DNA of 64,000 bases, from the NCBI GenBank assembly GCA_965603825.1, contig CBFDEM010000052.1, positions 1-64,000 on the forward strand, written 5' to 3'. Below, piece after piece: positions 50,101-60,889 of the stretch. Each line of letters opens with the position of its first letter. Position 1 is the stretch's first letter. Source of the DNA: Blepharisma stoltei ATCC 30299 (taxonomy: Eukaryota; Protista; Ciliophora). The translations under genes were made by a program, and so were the position numbers. The notes beneath the pieces were generated by a model. The model saw nothing but the letters and a program-made list of their open reading frames with translations. It did no database searches and was not told the origin of the DNA.

Positions 50101-50306
50101 CTCCAGAAAATTCTGACCTGCAGAATTGCTCGCCAAATAAGCTGCTGGGATCTACCAAAAAGCTACTTGAGCACATTGAGGAATTAGATAGCTCAATCGC
50201 AGATATTGGGCAAGATATCACTAATTCTGCTAAGAAATCTCCAAGAAAATCTCCAATCAAATCTCCATTTAAAACTCCTAACAAGAGAGAGTCTAAAGCG
50301 GTTTAA
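47109..50306 (+). CDS. Long coiled-coil protein with C-terminal GAS2/GAR-like domain (1065 aa)
   Basis: Extensive heptads with recurring LEEEK units; C-terminal GVYCYGNKKV..LVVRVGGGYMYIEEFL. Confidence 0.88.
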   Translation: MIQILKVEGISNSTCLASLDSAELVLKDQYLFLPHNGVLSLQFVSGSQLAGGVMFPTKLLQDNVCQYIPIFSPPLYIDNFPDEVEPPRILVNCSKVFSTCPSVSSLIQNSEPETAAVDEEDIESLAENYRKSIDFTQENNSKSLKKRIVDLEFDLENINRDHQIEIQRVKREMQETIDKLSLSIAKGEIAYNNQKIACNDIASQRDCLEKMLENKKVYAKEFEEFSARVLQEHQYEKEEQEKIHEALIRKYEQLAEDNISLKRENNSLQEKIRTISSKHTTALEKSKVYESYIEFFISKETMYSNVLSSYPNLHIDKLTDQLSSLVVTYDNLQKTNFNNVQELQIQTAKLGQSNKKSQELEMRLKEASSIHKYHQTEIEAMKEKVMHLEEEKMKLELELDKAIATQKDQLGQIEDLTGKVELLGEEKRRSEIESSRVNEDYKVEIEGLEEKLRILEEEKNELRIELEKAHKEYQNEIKELNEKFNSEMDKANLAHQNEVEQLSQRLSTLEEEKNELRIKLEKAHKEYQNEIKELNEKFNSEMDKANLAHINEEEQLSQRLSTLEEEKASLNIEQVENNKKHQAETEELENRLVLLEEEKNKLHSELEATCQAHQSEKEALEQIVSLLEEEKAKLETEIEAANQSYLAKTEELEERLISLGEEKTKLGSKLDAAYHSHQAESESFKKKLISLEEIKNKLDAELNKASSTQKSSQAEIESLKKKLLSLEEDKNKLDLELDKATSVHKYHQTEIGDLKGKLMALEEEKIKSDLELEKALSKDKDSQVEIETLNEKLASLKDEKVKLDLELNKALSVHKYHQTEIEELKEKLMNFEEEKIKLNLELDKKTEEMNSLQNEIRELAYCREQYSEIAQEKEALTNQIFSLNEEISNYQCKIDSLATDVSFLQKDLQKANEEKIQLSQEIVNMASSHNQNDPDIVEKILKAYLIAGGHPNNFVKLSDGVYCYGNKKVGISIKNGGLVVRVGGGYMYIEEFLKVYVPPENSDLQNCSPNKLLGSTKKLLEHIEELDSSIADIGQDITNSAKKSPRKSPIKSPFKTPNKRESKAV
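48471..48808 (+). repeat. Intragenic 162-bp tandem duplication (54 aa x2)
   Basis: CTTGAAGAAGAAAA recurs at 48471, 48633 and 48795, with near-identical intervening sequence. Confidence 0.9.
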
Positions 50307-50377
50307 AATATAAATACTGTAATTTATTTAAAAAATAATGTTTGAATTAAATTGTTTCTTCACATATCCAAATCATC

Positions 50378-50452
50378 GAAAATGATGAACAAGAGAAGCA
50401 TTAATAGTTATATATAGTTTTAAGCATGGAAAAATTATACTCACTGATTTTC
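50378..50452 (+). ncRNA. Weak candidate box C/D snoRNA
   Basis: Intergenic ATGATGA (50382-50388) ... CTGA (50444-50447) with complementary flanks GAAAA/TTTTC. The D-adjacent TATACTCA is complementary to 28S TGAGTATA (~24786). AT-rich, so it could be chance. Confidence 0.22.
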
Positions 50453-50596
50453 TATCCGATCAGAAATAATTTGTATTCTCGTATCCAAGATCCTTTGCAT
50501 ATCGGAATTTATCGTTTGAGCTTATATGCTCTTGCAAAATATTAAATAAAGCTTTTTTCACGCAGCCTTTTAACCATTAATTTAATTTTGACATAA

Positions 50597-50962
50597 ATGG
50601 TTAAACAAACAAGAGCTACATCATTTACGTCAAAGAAAAATAAACGCCCTAAAGCAGTGGCTGAAAAAAAGAAAGCTCTAAAAAGTAAACCTAAAGAGAA
50701 AACCAAAAAGCAAAAATCTCAAGAGAAACCCAAAGAAAGCACTAATAAAGCTCAAATGAAATCCAAGAAAAAAATAATTTCTTCAGAATCGCCAACTAAA
50801 GAAAAAGAATGTGAGTCTCCCAAAGAAGAATTCACAAATGAGCCTTACAAAGCAGCTCAAGAGCAGCCAGAAAAACCAGCTGAGCAGGTTTTTCCCTCAA
50901 AATCCAGAACTCAAAGCATAGTCAGAAGAACCATTACCAGAATTTTCATCTCTAAAGCCTAG
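50597..50962 (+). CDS. Small Lys/Glu-rich protein (121 aa)
   Basis: ATG-to-TAG ORF, low complexity, SPxK motifs. Confidence 0.65.
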   Translation: MVKQTRATSFTSKKNKRPKAVAEKKKALKSKPKEKTKKQKSQEKPKESTNKAQMKSKKKIISSESPTKEKECESPKEEFTNEPYKAAQEQPEKPAEQVFPSKSRTQSIVRRTITRIFISKA

Positions 50963-51042
50963 TTTTAATTGTTCTAATTCTCTGATTAAAAGCGTCAGAA
51001 TAACATAAATTATTTTATTTTATTTTTAAAATTAAAGGCAAT

Positions 51043-52323
51043 ATGGAGCTGCTGAAAATACTTCGCTCGAGATCCTTGCTTAAAGATGCCACAGCAATCC
51101 CTGAAAATCTCATAAACAGCTCTGTCTATTGTGGCTTTGATCCTACAGCAGAATCCCTACACGTAGGACATTTATCTACTTTTAACGCATTAGTCCTCAG
51201 CTCAATTGCAGGATTAAAGCCAATTGCATTACTTGGCGGCGCAACTGCCCTAATAGGTGATCCCTCAGGCAGGACACAAGCAAGAGCTCAGCTTGAAAAC
51301 GCCCAAATTGAGCACAACACCAAATGCATTGAAAAGCAGATTTCAAAAGTCTATGAAGGACTGGTATCTCGTGCACTTCATCATAAATTACTAAACACAA
51401 AATTACCTTTGACTGTACTAAATAATGCAAATTTCTACCAAGATATGAGCCTGATAAAGTTTTTAAGAGAAGTTGGGTATTATTTTCCTATAAATCCACT
51501 TATTAACAGAGATTTCGTAAAAAATAGAGAAGACAGCATCACGTATACAGAGTTTTCATATAGCTTGATGCAGGCCTATGATTTTTATTATTTATGCAAT
51601 AATCATAACTGCATGATCCAGCTTGGAGGGAGTGACCAATGATATAACATTACAACTGGAACTGAACTTATTAGGAAAAAGTTAGATAAATCTGCAGCAG
51701 GCGTCACTTTGCCTTTATTATTAACTGCTGATGGACAGAAGTTTGGAAAAAGTGCTGGAAATGCCTTATTTTTGGATGAAAATTTAACGTCACCTTACTT
51801 AATCTATCAGTATTGCTTTAATCTTCCTGATGTTGGGATTAAAGATTTATTGCTGAGGCTGACTTTTGTAAGTGAAGAAGAAATAAATGAGACCATGAGC
51901 AAGCCTTTAGAACAGAGAGAGTGTCAAAAATTGCTGGCGAAAGAAATTATTGCAGCAGTTCATGGGGAGGATAAATTTCATAAAGTAAAAAAAGCTTCTG
52001 ATACCCTATACAGGAGAAATTACAGAGACTTGAAGTCAGAAGAAATTGATATGGTTTTTCAAGACGCAATTAAGTTTGAGGTAACTTCTGAAGAAACTAA
52101 TGAAAATCTATTAGAGCTGCTGGCAAGAATAAAAGTTACGGAAAACTTGTGGGCAATTACAAGGCTTTTTAAAGATAAAGCTTTGAGGATTAATGGAGAC
52201 TTAGTTACAGAAGAAAAGTCAAAGCTGAGCGATTTTAGCCCAATTGTAAGAGTTATTTAGGATGGGAAATATTTTATAGTTCACACAGGTAGAAGAAAGG
52301 TGTCAATAATCATAATCAAATAA
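51043..52323 (+). CDS. YARS2: Tyrosyl-tRNA synthetase, bacterial/mitochondrial type (~421 aa; 15-nt intron 52246-52260)
   Basis: YCGFDPTAESLHVGH, QAYDF, GGSDQW(TGA), KFGKSAGNA. Removing the intron restores the S4-like tail DGKYFIVHTGRRK. Confidence 0.94.
52246..52260 (+). other. 15-nt intron GTAAGAGTTATTTAG
   Basis: GT..AG, A at position 10; contains the in-frame TAG that truncates the track ORF. Confidence 0.88.
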
Positions 52324-53099
52324 ATTTTATTCTAGGCATGCTTTTCCCATATTCTACCTATTATTTAACTCTTTATAATGCTGCTTATAAAAAAATAGTT
52401 TTAGCTCCTTGTTATTACTTATAAATTCTTTTCATCAAGCTATACTTATTAAATATTGGCATAAAATATAAAAAGAGATTGCCATGATTGCTATAGGCGA
52501 TATGAAGTTAAAATCAAAAGATAGCAATAGAATTTATGTAAAATAAGCATAATCATTGTTTGAAATTTTTAATATAATATATAGCATTATTTCTACTAAC
52601 TTTGCAGTCTGTGTCTTTAATTTTCAAATCTTGCATTGAGAAGTGTAGTCATTTCTTCATTTGCTTTTTCATCCACTCTATCTCGATCGAAACTTGATTA
52701 TTGACGCTATGGTCAAAATCAACTCGCACTCATCCAGGATTCTTCCTATCTCGCTGTCTATAGTCTGATATCTTCCCAATTGCCTTCATCTTCCTTCACA
52801 TTACTATCTTCATCTTCTTCATCCTCAATTCTCTCTTTAGTTTAGCTTCCATGAGTCTTATCTATTCATCCAGTTTTTCATCTATATTATCCTTCGAGTT
52901 GAAAATTTTACAAGAACACTTCCATCTGCACAATTTAGGTCATAGACCAAGTCAGCCTTGCTAATAAGTTTATTACTTAAAAATAAAACTTGTTATTTTT
53001 ACTATCAATAATCCTACGATTGTGCAGGTAGTTTCGACTCTTTTGAAGAGAGCGACTCTTATAGTGGTGAATTGCTTCTCAAATGTGTGTGAATTAAGT

Positions 53100-53880
53100 C
53101 AATCGTCCCTCTTTTATAACTTGAAAAATATCATAAAGAGAATCCCATACGAAGAAGAACTGAATAATATTATAAAAACTTTTCATAACTACTTAAATCA
53201 GCATTTGGCTGTTGAAGAAACTGTCAAGCTTTATTGAAGAAAATGGATTTTATTAAGAATCTATTCGAAATGACACGAAAATAGCAATCTCATCATATCC
53301 CTTTGTCAATTACCCATATTAAGGTATTTAGTGTACCACCAGAGTTAATAATCTCAACAAAGCCACTTGAAAGAGTTCAGGTTGATTTATGAAAAATCCC
53401 AAAACAAATTAATCCCTAGTTGTACCTACTGAAAGCAAATATTTAATAAGCGTTATTGACCACTTTTCAAAGTACATAAAAATCTATAAATGGCAAATAA
53501 AAAGGCAACTACAGCAGCACAGCAACAAGAAAAATATATGCACGACATGAAAAAAAATCCACAAATCATTCAAATAGCTAATGGAACAGAGTTTAAAGGT
53601 GAATTTGAAAACTTGATAAAGCAAAACAACATTCAATTAATCCATAGCTATGCCATATCATCCTCAAAGCCAAGGCTGCGTTGAAAGAGCCAATAAAAAC
53701 ATTTGGACAAGTTTGAGAAAATCTTTTATAAAATATAGTTTGCCAATGGAATCAATATTTTAACCTGGATCTAGCGATTGATTACTTTAAGACTTATTAT
53801 AACAAGCAAAAAGTGCACAAAACAACTGGCTTTAAACTAGAAATCTTGTTTTTTGAGACTAATGAGCAGGGTTTTTTGAG
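53100..53880 (+). mobile_element. Degenerate rve/DDE integrase relic (Ginger/Polinton/LTR-integrase class)
   Basis: Across shifted frames: H..HL..T..YW, KPLERVQVDL, KYLISVIDHFSKY, PQIIQIANGTEFKGEF, PYHPQSQGCVERANK, HKTTG. Multiple frameshifts and stops. Confidence 0.85.
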
Positions 53881-54431
53881 TGTTGAAGAGAATGTAAAAA
53901 ACAGTATGGGAGAGAAATTGAAAAGTTTACTCAAAAAATAGAAAATGATTGAATATTTTATGGCTTACTTAGCAAGCCAATCAGACTTCAAGATGGAGAA
54001 ATAGCTTATAGAAGAACTGCAGGAATAGAAGATCTATTATATTATTATATTTCCTAATCATATTTTTGACACAGTACATATATTGACATTTATAATATGG
54101 CAAACTGTTGTGAAGGTCTATCAAAAGTACTAACAGATACTTGGAAAGGCTTCTTTAAATTTATGATTTATGGGAAAAATCAAGCTTTAAGATGCTGCGC
54201 TTGCTGATGGTATCCAATCAAAGAATGCTACTTTTCATGTTATATTTGTTGTGATAAACGATATAACCCATACAAAGATGATTTATATGCAGTTGTTTAA
54301 TTTATTTTAATTATTCAAATAATCATATTTGAATCTTAAAATTTAAATAAAAATTATGAAATAGTAGAAAAAAATCTATCTGGGCTGTAAAATTGACTAA
54401 AAAGTAGCTGAAAATCTTTGAGTATAATAAA

Positions 54432-55076
54432 ATGGATTCTGGCCAATTTCAAACGTCTAAAATGGATATCAATGAACTTGCTGAGAGTTACAGCAGAATT
54501 GAAGACTTTGAAAAAAGAGTCGCTCAATGTGAAAAAGCTATTCAAATGCAGAGTTATTTATCTAAAATCAAAAAGGACCAACAAGAAGCTAGATTTCTTG
54601 AAAGCAACCGAAAATTTGGTGAATTTCACAAAAGATTAAAAAGGATTGAAGAAAATATGTACAAAACTCTTCTTGATGTAGGTTTAAAGCTTAGTAAACA
54701 TGATAATGAACTTCTAGAAGCACAAAAAATAAGTGAAATAAAGGATGATATTGAGGAAATAAAATATAAATTTAAATCAGATGATCCTTTTACTCGATTA
54801 GACTCTGACATTGGAGATAAAATTAAAAATGTAGCAGAAACAATGAAAGAGTTTAGAGGAGAAATAGAGGATTATGATAGGAAAATAGCAAGGCTCAAAG
54901 AAAAGATTAAAAATATAAAAGACAATACTCAGGAAGGATTATTGAGAAAATTGCAAAGACAAGTCAATGATTTATATGAAAAACAAGATGAAGAGTTAAC
55001 TTATTTAGAACAAAACAATGTTGACATAGAAAAAGCGGAAGAAGAAATTTTTCTAAGTAGCTTACATTCTAAATAA
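54432..55076 (+). CDS. Coiled-coil hypothetical protein (214 aa)
   Basis: ATG-to-TAA ORF with heptad pattern. Confidence 0.78.
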   Translation: MDSGQFQTSKMDINELAESYSRIEDFEKRVAQCEKAIQMQSYLSKIKKDQQEARFLESNRKFGEFHKRLKRIEENMYKTLLDVGLKLSKHDNELLEAQKISEIKDDIEEIKYKFKSDDPFTRLDSDIGDKIKNVAETMKEFRGEIEDYDRKIARLKEKIKNIKDNTQEGLLRKLQRQVNDLYEKQDEELTYLEQNNVDIEKAEEEIFLSSLHSK

Positions 55077-55102
55077 ATTTAAATTAATTTTTAATACATG
55101 CA

Positions 55103-57961
55103 CTACTTCGTTAGCTTCTTACTCATGCCAAGCTTCTTCATATCTTGCTGCAAGTCAGAAATCTTTTTAGAAATAATATCAGCTCGTTCTTGTGTACAAA
55201 TTTCACATAAATAATTCCCACAATTGCATTCCTGTGTTGTTGATTTTGTACTAGGTTTTCTTACCAAAGCCCACAACTTAGCAATGCTTCCTTCACTTTC
55301 TGCTATTCTATTAAGCATGCTATTAATATCCGCTTTGGCTTTCATTTTGTCCTCTGCTGTCAAAGATTTTTTAGTTTTTCGTCTATTTTTTTCCTTTTCA
55401 GATACAGTTTTAATTTTGATTTCTTCAGATTCTTTATCATACCTGGCTTTTTTTGATGATTTTTTCCGAGTGCCAGCTTCTGCTTCCTTTGAAGCTTCTT
55501 TTATTTCTTTCAAGTGCGCTTTTTCTGCTTTTCCTGCAGATCGTTTTGTTTCAGAAGAATTGGCTTGACCTGATTTTTTCTTGATTGTGATTGCATTTGA
55601 GTCAGAAATTGCTCCTTTTATCTTTTTGTCTGTTTTATCCTTCAGACTTTTGTCCTTTTTTAAAACTTTCGCCTTTCATTCTGCAATTATTTTTCCTAAT
55701 ATCGCATCTCTGTTAAAATTTAAAGCTTTATTTAAGCCAGCATTTTTTCCATCAAGAATAGCCCTAATTGAATTAAACGTCTTTGAAAATAATTTTGCTT
55801 GTTGGAACTCTAAGGCTAGTTTATCCTTCTGTTTTTTCTTTTTAATGCTTTCTGATAAAGAATTTAATAATTTTGATTGGGTTTTCTTTTCTTTTCATTC
55901 TTTTAGCTCTTTTTCTTTGTTTTTAAGCCTGTCCTTATCATTTTTGTATTTCTTCAAAGCTGAAAATGCAGTCCTCAATAACTGTTCTTTTTTGGCTTTT
56001 TGAATTTGATGATGATAAAATGATAGCAGTTTCTTATGCTGCTTTTTCTCCTCAGGAGTATGATCTATTAGCTCAAATTGATCCAGCTCTTCTTGCATTA
56101 TTTCATCAATATTAGGGTCTATGTCAGACTCAAATTCAGGATGCTTATCAAAATGGTTGCCTCTATTTTTCTTTTCATGATATCCTTCTTTGATAGTTTT
56201 GTTTCTCCCCTGCTCGTGCTTCTCCTTATCTTCCTCAGTATTAAAATAGCCTTCATTTTTAATATGATCTTTTTTGGTTGAGCTATAATCATTGCCAGCT
56301 TCAGGAGTATTTGTATAGCTTTGTCTTGATTTCGGACTATTAATTTTTTCTGTTTTTGCTTCTGATAACGAACCGCTCCTATTTTGACTTTTCACTGACC
56401 TATCCCTGTCATCTATATATCTTGTTTCTTCTTCGTCTCTAGATATCAAAAACCCTTGAGCTCTATTTTTTTCATTTATTTCTCCTTTATTTTTCCCTCT
56501 ATTTAAAGGTTTTGCTCTTCTATACCTACTAACATCATTTTCATCTACATCATTTTGACTTCAGCTAGAATTTTCTGAGTCCCCTGATATCCTTAACTCT
56601 TCATTTTTTAGCTTTTCACTCTGCCTTAAAAATCTGTCTTTATCAAAACCTTCACTGCTTGACCTTATTCCTTCAGTAAATTGAGGTGCATATAGACTTG
56701 GCAGCCCAAAAGCAGAAAAATCAAGCCTCAAAATTTCTTCTTTTTCTTGCTGGAGGTCTTGGATTGAGTTAATTTGGTTCTGCAGTATCACAAAGATTGC
56801 TTTAAGGTATTCAGAATAGCATCCAAAAATTGGAAATAAATTTAAATTTTGGTAAAGCAGAAAATCTTCTTTATTTGTTTCTAAATTTTGGAGCCTAGTG
56901 TTATTTGTTTGAAAAGCGTATTTTCTTGCTAAATTATCAGTGTCTGTATTAGGAAAAATATCAGAAAAATGAAGACTCATCAAAAAAGGATTAGAGTTTT
57001 CTTCAATTATGGGCCCTAATAAATAAAACTGCTTCAGTTCTTCTTCAAATTGTTCTTCTACAGTCGCTGAAGGTTTTGCTTTAAACTGCAGATATTTTTG
57101 CATTTTGTCGTGCCCCCACGAGTGCAATTGTAATAAAATTTCGCAAAAAAGCCATTTAAAAACTCTGATAATTTCAGCTGAGTTTTTCTCGTTCAATTCT
57201 TCATCAACATCTCATTGCAAAGCTTTTCCAGCCACATCAATGTAATTAAGTATCATATATGGCCTTATCACTTTATTATAGCTATAATTCGGTAATCTTG
57301 GCATTGGTTTAATTTTTCTAAGCTCCCTACTGTGTGCTGCATTAATTTCTTCCCAAAAAGGCCCTTCTTTTTTGTTAGATTTTCCTTGGAATTTTTGAAA
57401 TAATTCGATTTTTAGTTTGTATTTTTTGTTTTCTATATCTCTCTTAACAAGAATTTGTTCATTCTTATAAAAATACGATAAAATCCTTTTAGAAAGGATA
57501 AGTGCGTCAGTTATGTCTTGCCTTGTATGATCAGTGATTTTAACTCCATCAATTTCAATTAAATTTGGAAAAATTTGAAGCAAAAGTGGTTCCAAATTCA
57601 AATGAAGCGCAAAAGGATTCCCTGCCACAGATATAACTTTGATGTTTTCCGGGTGCGGTATTTTAAAAAGTTCATTGAAAGTACTGATTTTATTGTGGGT
57701 GAACGAAATTTGTGTGAGTTTTCTAAATTGCTCAACCCCATCTAAACTTTTAAGCAAATTATGAGAAACATTAAGCTTTCCTATTTCTCTGTATTTTTCT
57801 GGGATTGTGTCCATTTCAACTAATCCTCGAAAATTTACACTGAGGCCTTCTTGTTCAGTTATGCAGGCGTCTGTAATAACTTCGCTGAGCTAGATATTAA
57901 TTACCTTGTTTTGCATTATTGGTCTTGCTAATTGTGAAGAATTCAAAGTTTGAAAGGACAT
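55103..57961 (-). CDS. N-terminal LRR + charged/coiled-coil protein (~947 aa; 15-nt intron 57890-57904)
   Basis: ATG 57961; four track ORFs join through TGA. LRRs LNVSHNLLKSLDGV, ISFTHNKI, ISVAGNPF and cap FPNLIEIDG; small CNCGNYLCEIC motif near the end. Confidence 0.85.
57890..57904 (-). other. 15-nt intron GTAATTAATATCTAG
   Basis: GT..AG, A at position 10, in-frame TAG. Removing it links ATG 57961 to the LRR frame. Confidence 0.85.
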
Positions 57962-57989
57962 TTTCCTAATTTAATTATCTAAAGAATTA

Positions 57990-59792
57990 TTATTCTATTG
58001 GTGAAGTTGCTTTTTCAAGCCAATTCAATGTAAAATCGTCATTTCTGAAACTCAGGATTGGTGAAAGTGTATCGTAAACACGTTTATGGTAAGCGTTGAT
58101 GTAAGCTTTGTCTTCAGCATTAAGCATGGATAGAAGGATTAAGTTTTTATCGTATGGGACTATAGTCACATTTTCAAAGCATAAGAAATTCTCTATTGTC
58201 GGGTGCTTGGTGACAAACATTACATTTTCGATTCTGATCCCAAAATGGCCTTTTTCGTAGTACCCGGGCTCGTTGGTGACGTTCATTCCTTCTTTGAGCT
58301 CAACTTTTCTGGCCCTTGATATTCCTTGAGGACCTTCATGGACATTTAAATAATGCCCTACACCATGCCCTGTCCCATGCTGATAATCTAGACCTTTATT
58401 TCATAGCCTTCTTCTTGCTAAAATATCAAGATCAGCTCCAGTAATTCCCCATGTCCCATGAGGCCAAACGACTCTTTCTAAATCTAAATTTCCCAGAAGC
58501 ACCCTTGTATAGCATTCCTTTTCCCAGTCTGAAGGATTTCCATAGTGCATAGTTCTAGTTGTGTCAATTGTGCCGTCTAAATATTGCCCTCCTGAGTCTA
58601 ATAAATAAATTTGGTCTTTCTTTATTTCTGATGAATTATCAGGCTCAGGGTGATAATGTATAATAGAGGCGTTAGATCCAGAGCAAGAAATATTGGAAAA
58701 TGAGAGACCCATATTAAGGTCTTCTTCTGAGCGAAATTGGTTTAATCTGAGTGCTGCTTCGTATTCGTTATGGATTTGACCATCTTCTAGCTCTTTGCCT
58801 AGCCATGCTAAATATTTGCAGACAGCGACTCCATCTCTGATGTGACTTTCTCGAAATCCTTGTATTTCTCTGCTGTTTTTTATAGCTTTAAGAGGCGCGA
58901 TAATGCTTTCTTTTTTCTCTGGGTGCTTGATTGCTTTATATAATTGATAATTACAGCTGCTTGAATCCGTAATAACACCTTCTTCAATTGCTGAGAGAAA
59001 ACTAGGGGCTTCTTCATATGGATAAATTTGCACTCTATTTCCTTCTAAATATTCCCTGATATTCTCAATTTTTCTTTCATTAACAAAGAGATGAATTTTA
59101 TTATCTTCTCCTCTTTTTTCTAATATTAAATAAGAAAAGAAAACTGGATTATACTCCACATCTTTTCCTCTCAAATTCAAAGTCCAAGCAATCTCATCTA
59201 GCGCTGTTACTAAATAAAAGTTTTTTTCTCCCATTTCTGCGGCAATTCTTCCTATCTTCTCAGTAAAGCTTTCTCCTGCATATTTTTCATCAAAAATAAT
59301 GATAGGTTCTTGGCTTAGTTCAGGCCTGTTTTCCCACATTTCGTTTACTGGGTTTCTTTCAACAGGTAAAAACTGATAGCCTTTGTCTGCAAAATATTTG
59401 GTTCTTGTGATAGCTGCGTCTGCAGTTACAATACTTGGGTCGTACCCTATGATGGAGTCTTTTGGGAGATTCTGAATGCACCATTCATAGTAAGTCGGGA
59501 CGCCTGAGGTTATTTTCATTAAATTCCAACCTTCGTAGAGCTCTTTTTCAGCCTCCTCCCAATATCTCCCATCTGTCCATAGCAATGCTTGCTCCTGAGT
59601 AATTAATGTATGCGCATTGGAGCCTTTAAATCCTGTAATGAAGTCGATGCGTTTATCATGGGCTGACAGATACTCATTTCTGTGAGGGTCTGAATGAGGC
59701 AGAAAATACGCATTTAAGCCAAGTTCTGTAATTTTGCTTCTAAGCAGGGTAAGTGAATTGGACATGTTTAAGCAAAATTTTCTTAATATCAT
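57990..59792 (-). CDS. XPNPEP1: Xaa-Pro aminopeptidase (aminopeptidase P, M24B), ~600 aa
   Basis: WTDGRYW, DSGGQYLDGT.DTTRT, ARRRLW(TGA)..DYQHGTGHGVGHYLNVHEGP, NEPGYY, GIRIEN. Alternative start at Met10 (59765). Confidence 0.95.
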
Positions 59793-60255
59793 ATAATAAG
59801 AGATTAACAGTAAATTACAATTATTTAAGAGTTTTAATGAAATTTTATATTAAAAATATTAATTTTTTAGTTAATTTCTTTTCTAAGAGCAAAAAAATCC
59901 AATCAAATCTGCCATTTGAAATTTTGAATTTTTCAATAATTCTTCATCTTTATGAAATATTTATATACAAATATTGATTTAACTCTCACTTATCGTGAAT
60001 TCCAAATACATCTTTTAAGTTATTAGTATTTTAGCTTGTTTTAATTAATAATTAAATAATATGATTGAAATATAAAAAAAATGTATTTCAGAAATTAAAA
60101 TTTATAAGTAAACTAGCTTTATCAACAAAATATAGATCTTTTTATATTTAGTTTCATAGCAAAAAACTAAATCTTTCAATTATGAATATTATTTAATTGA
60201 TCTAAATGGTACCTGTTAATTTTAATTATTTCTTCTTGCATTTTTCTTTATTTCT

Positions 60256-60889
60256 TTAAGCCTTTGCTTTAGATTGAGCTTCATTTTCTGCCTTTTTTAG
60301 CTCTTTTGTAATGTTTTCCAATTCTTTTCCAATTTATTCTAACTGTTCTTTATCTAAATTGCTCATCTAAGAACTCATTAATCCAACACATATACAGCAG
60401 CATAGTAAGCAGCAAACTAGTCCAACGCTCGTATACATAGTAATTAATATTGCCAAAGTTAAAGCCCAGTCGTTATAAAACTCATCATAGCAGTCATCAC
60501 TTTCAAACTCCCATACACTCCCAACGATCATTCACGCTAGGTTAAATACGCTTCCAGGCTTGGAAATATAAATAAACATGAATTTTCGGATTTTTTCATT
60601 AATTTTCTTTATTTGTGATATAAAGCAAATTATTATAAGAAAACCATTAACAACTGCTCATACGATGAGTCATTGTCTATTTATAAACTACTTAATCGGC
60701 TTATCACAAGAGCCATCATCAATTCCTAAAACTATTGCAATTGCAACTATCTGAATAAAAAATACAAACGAAAAATTGACTAACAAGGTACAAAAATTGT
60801 TTAAGATGAGAGATGATTTGTTAAGCTTTTCTTTTGTTTTAGCTCTTTTTAGCTCTTTTTAGCTCGATCTCTGAATTCTTGTCTTCCAT
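60256..60889 (-). pseudogene. Disrupted copy of the 4-TM gene
   Basis: An extra 10-bp GAGCTAAAAA unit near the start gives TAA at codon 17, with further premature TAG/TAA near the 3' end. It retains the same 15-nt intron (60677-60691). Confidence 0.85.

Noticed and set aside
31605-56281. Antisense and alternate-frame ORFs overlapping long genes (e.g. 31605, 32565, 43013, 48118, 55224, 55581)
   Set aside because: They are shadows of real genes on the opposite strand or in another frame, with no independent motifs.
43940-58403. In-frame UGA as selenocysteine
   Set aside because: The UGAs align with conserved Trp and with TGG in paralogs, not with catalytic Cys.
60300-60380. In-frame TAG/TAA as sense codons (Condylostoma-like ambiguous code)
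   Set aside because: They are seen only in copies with other lesions; intact genes contain no internal TAA/TAG outside introns.
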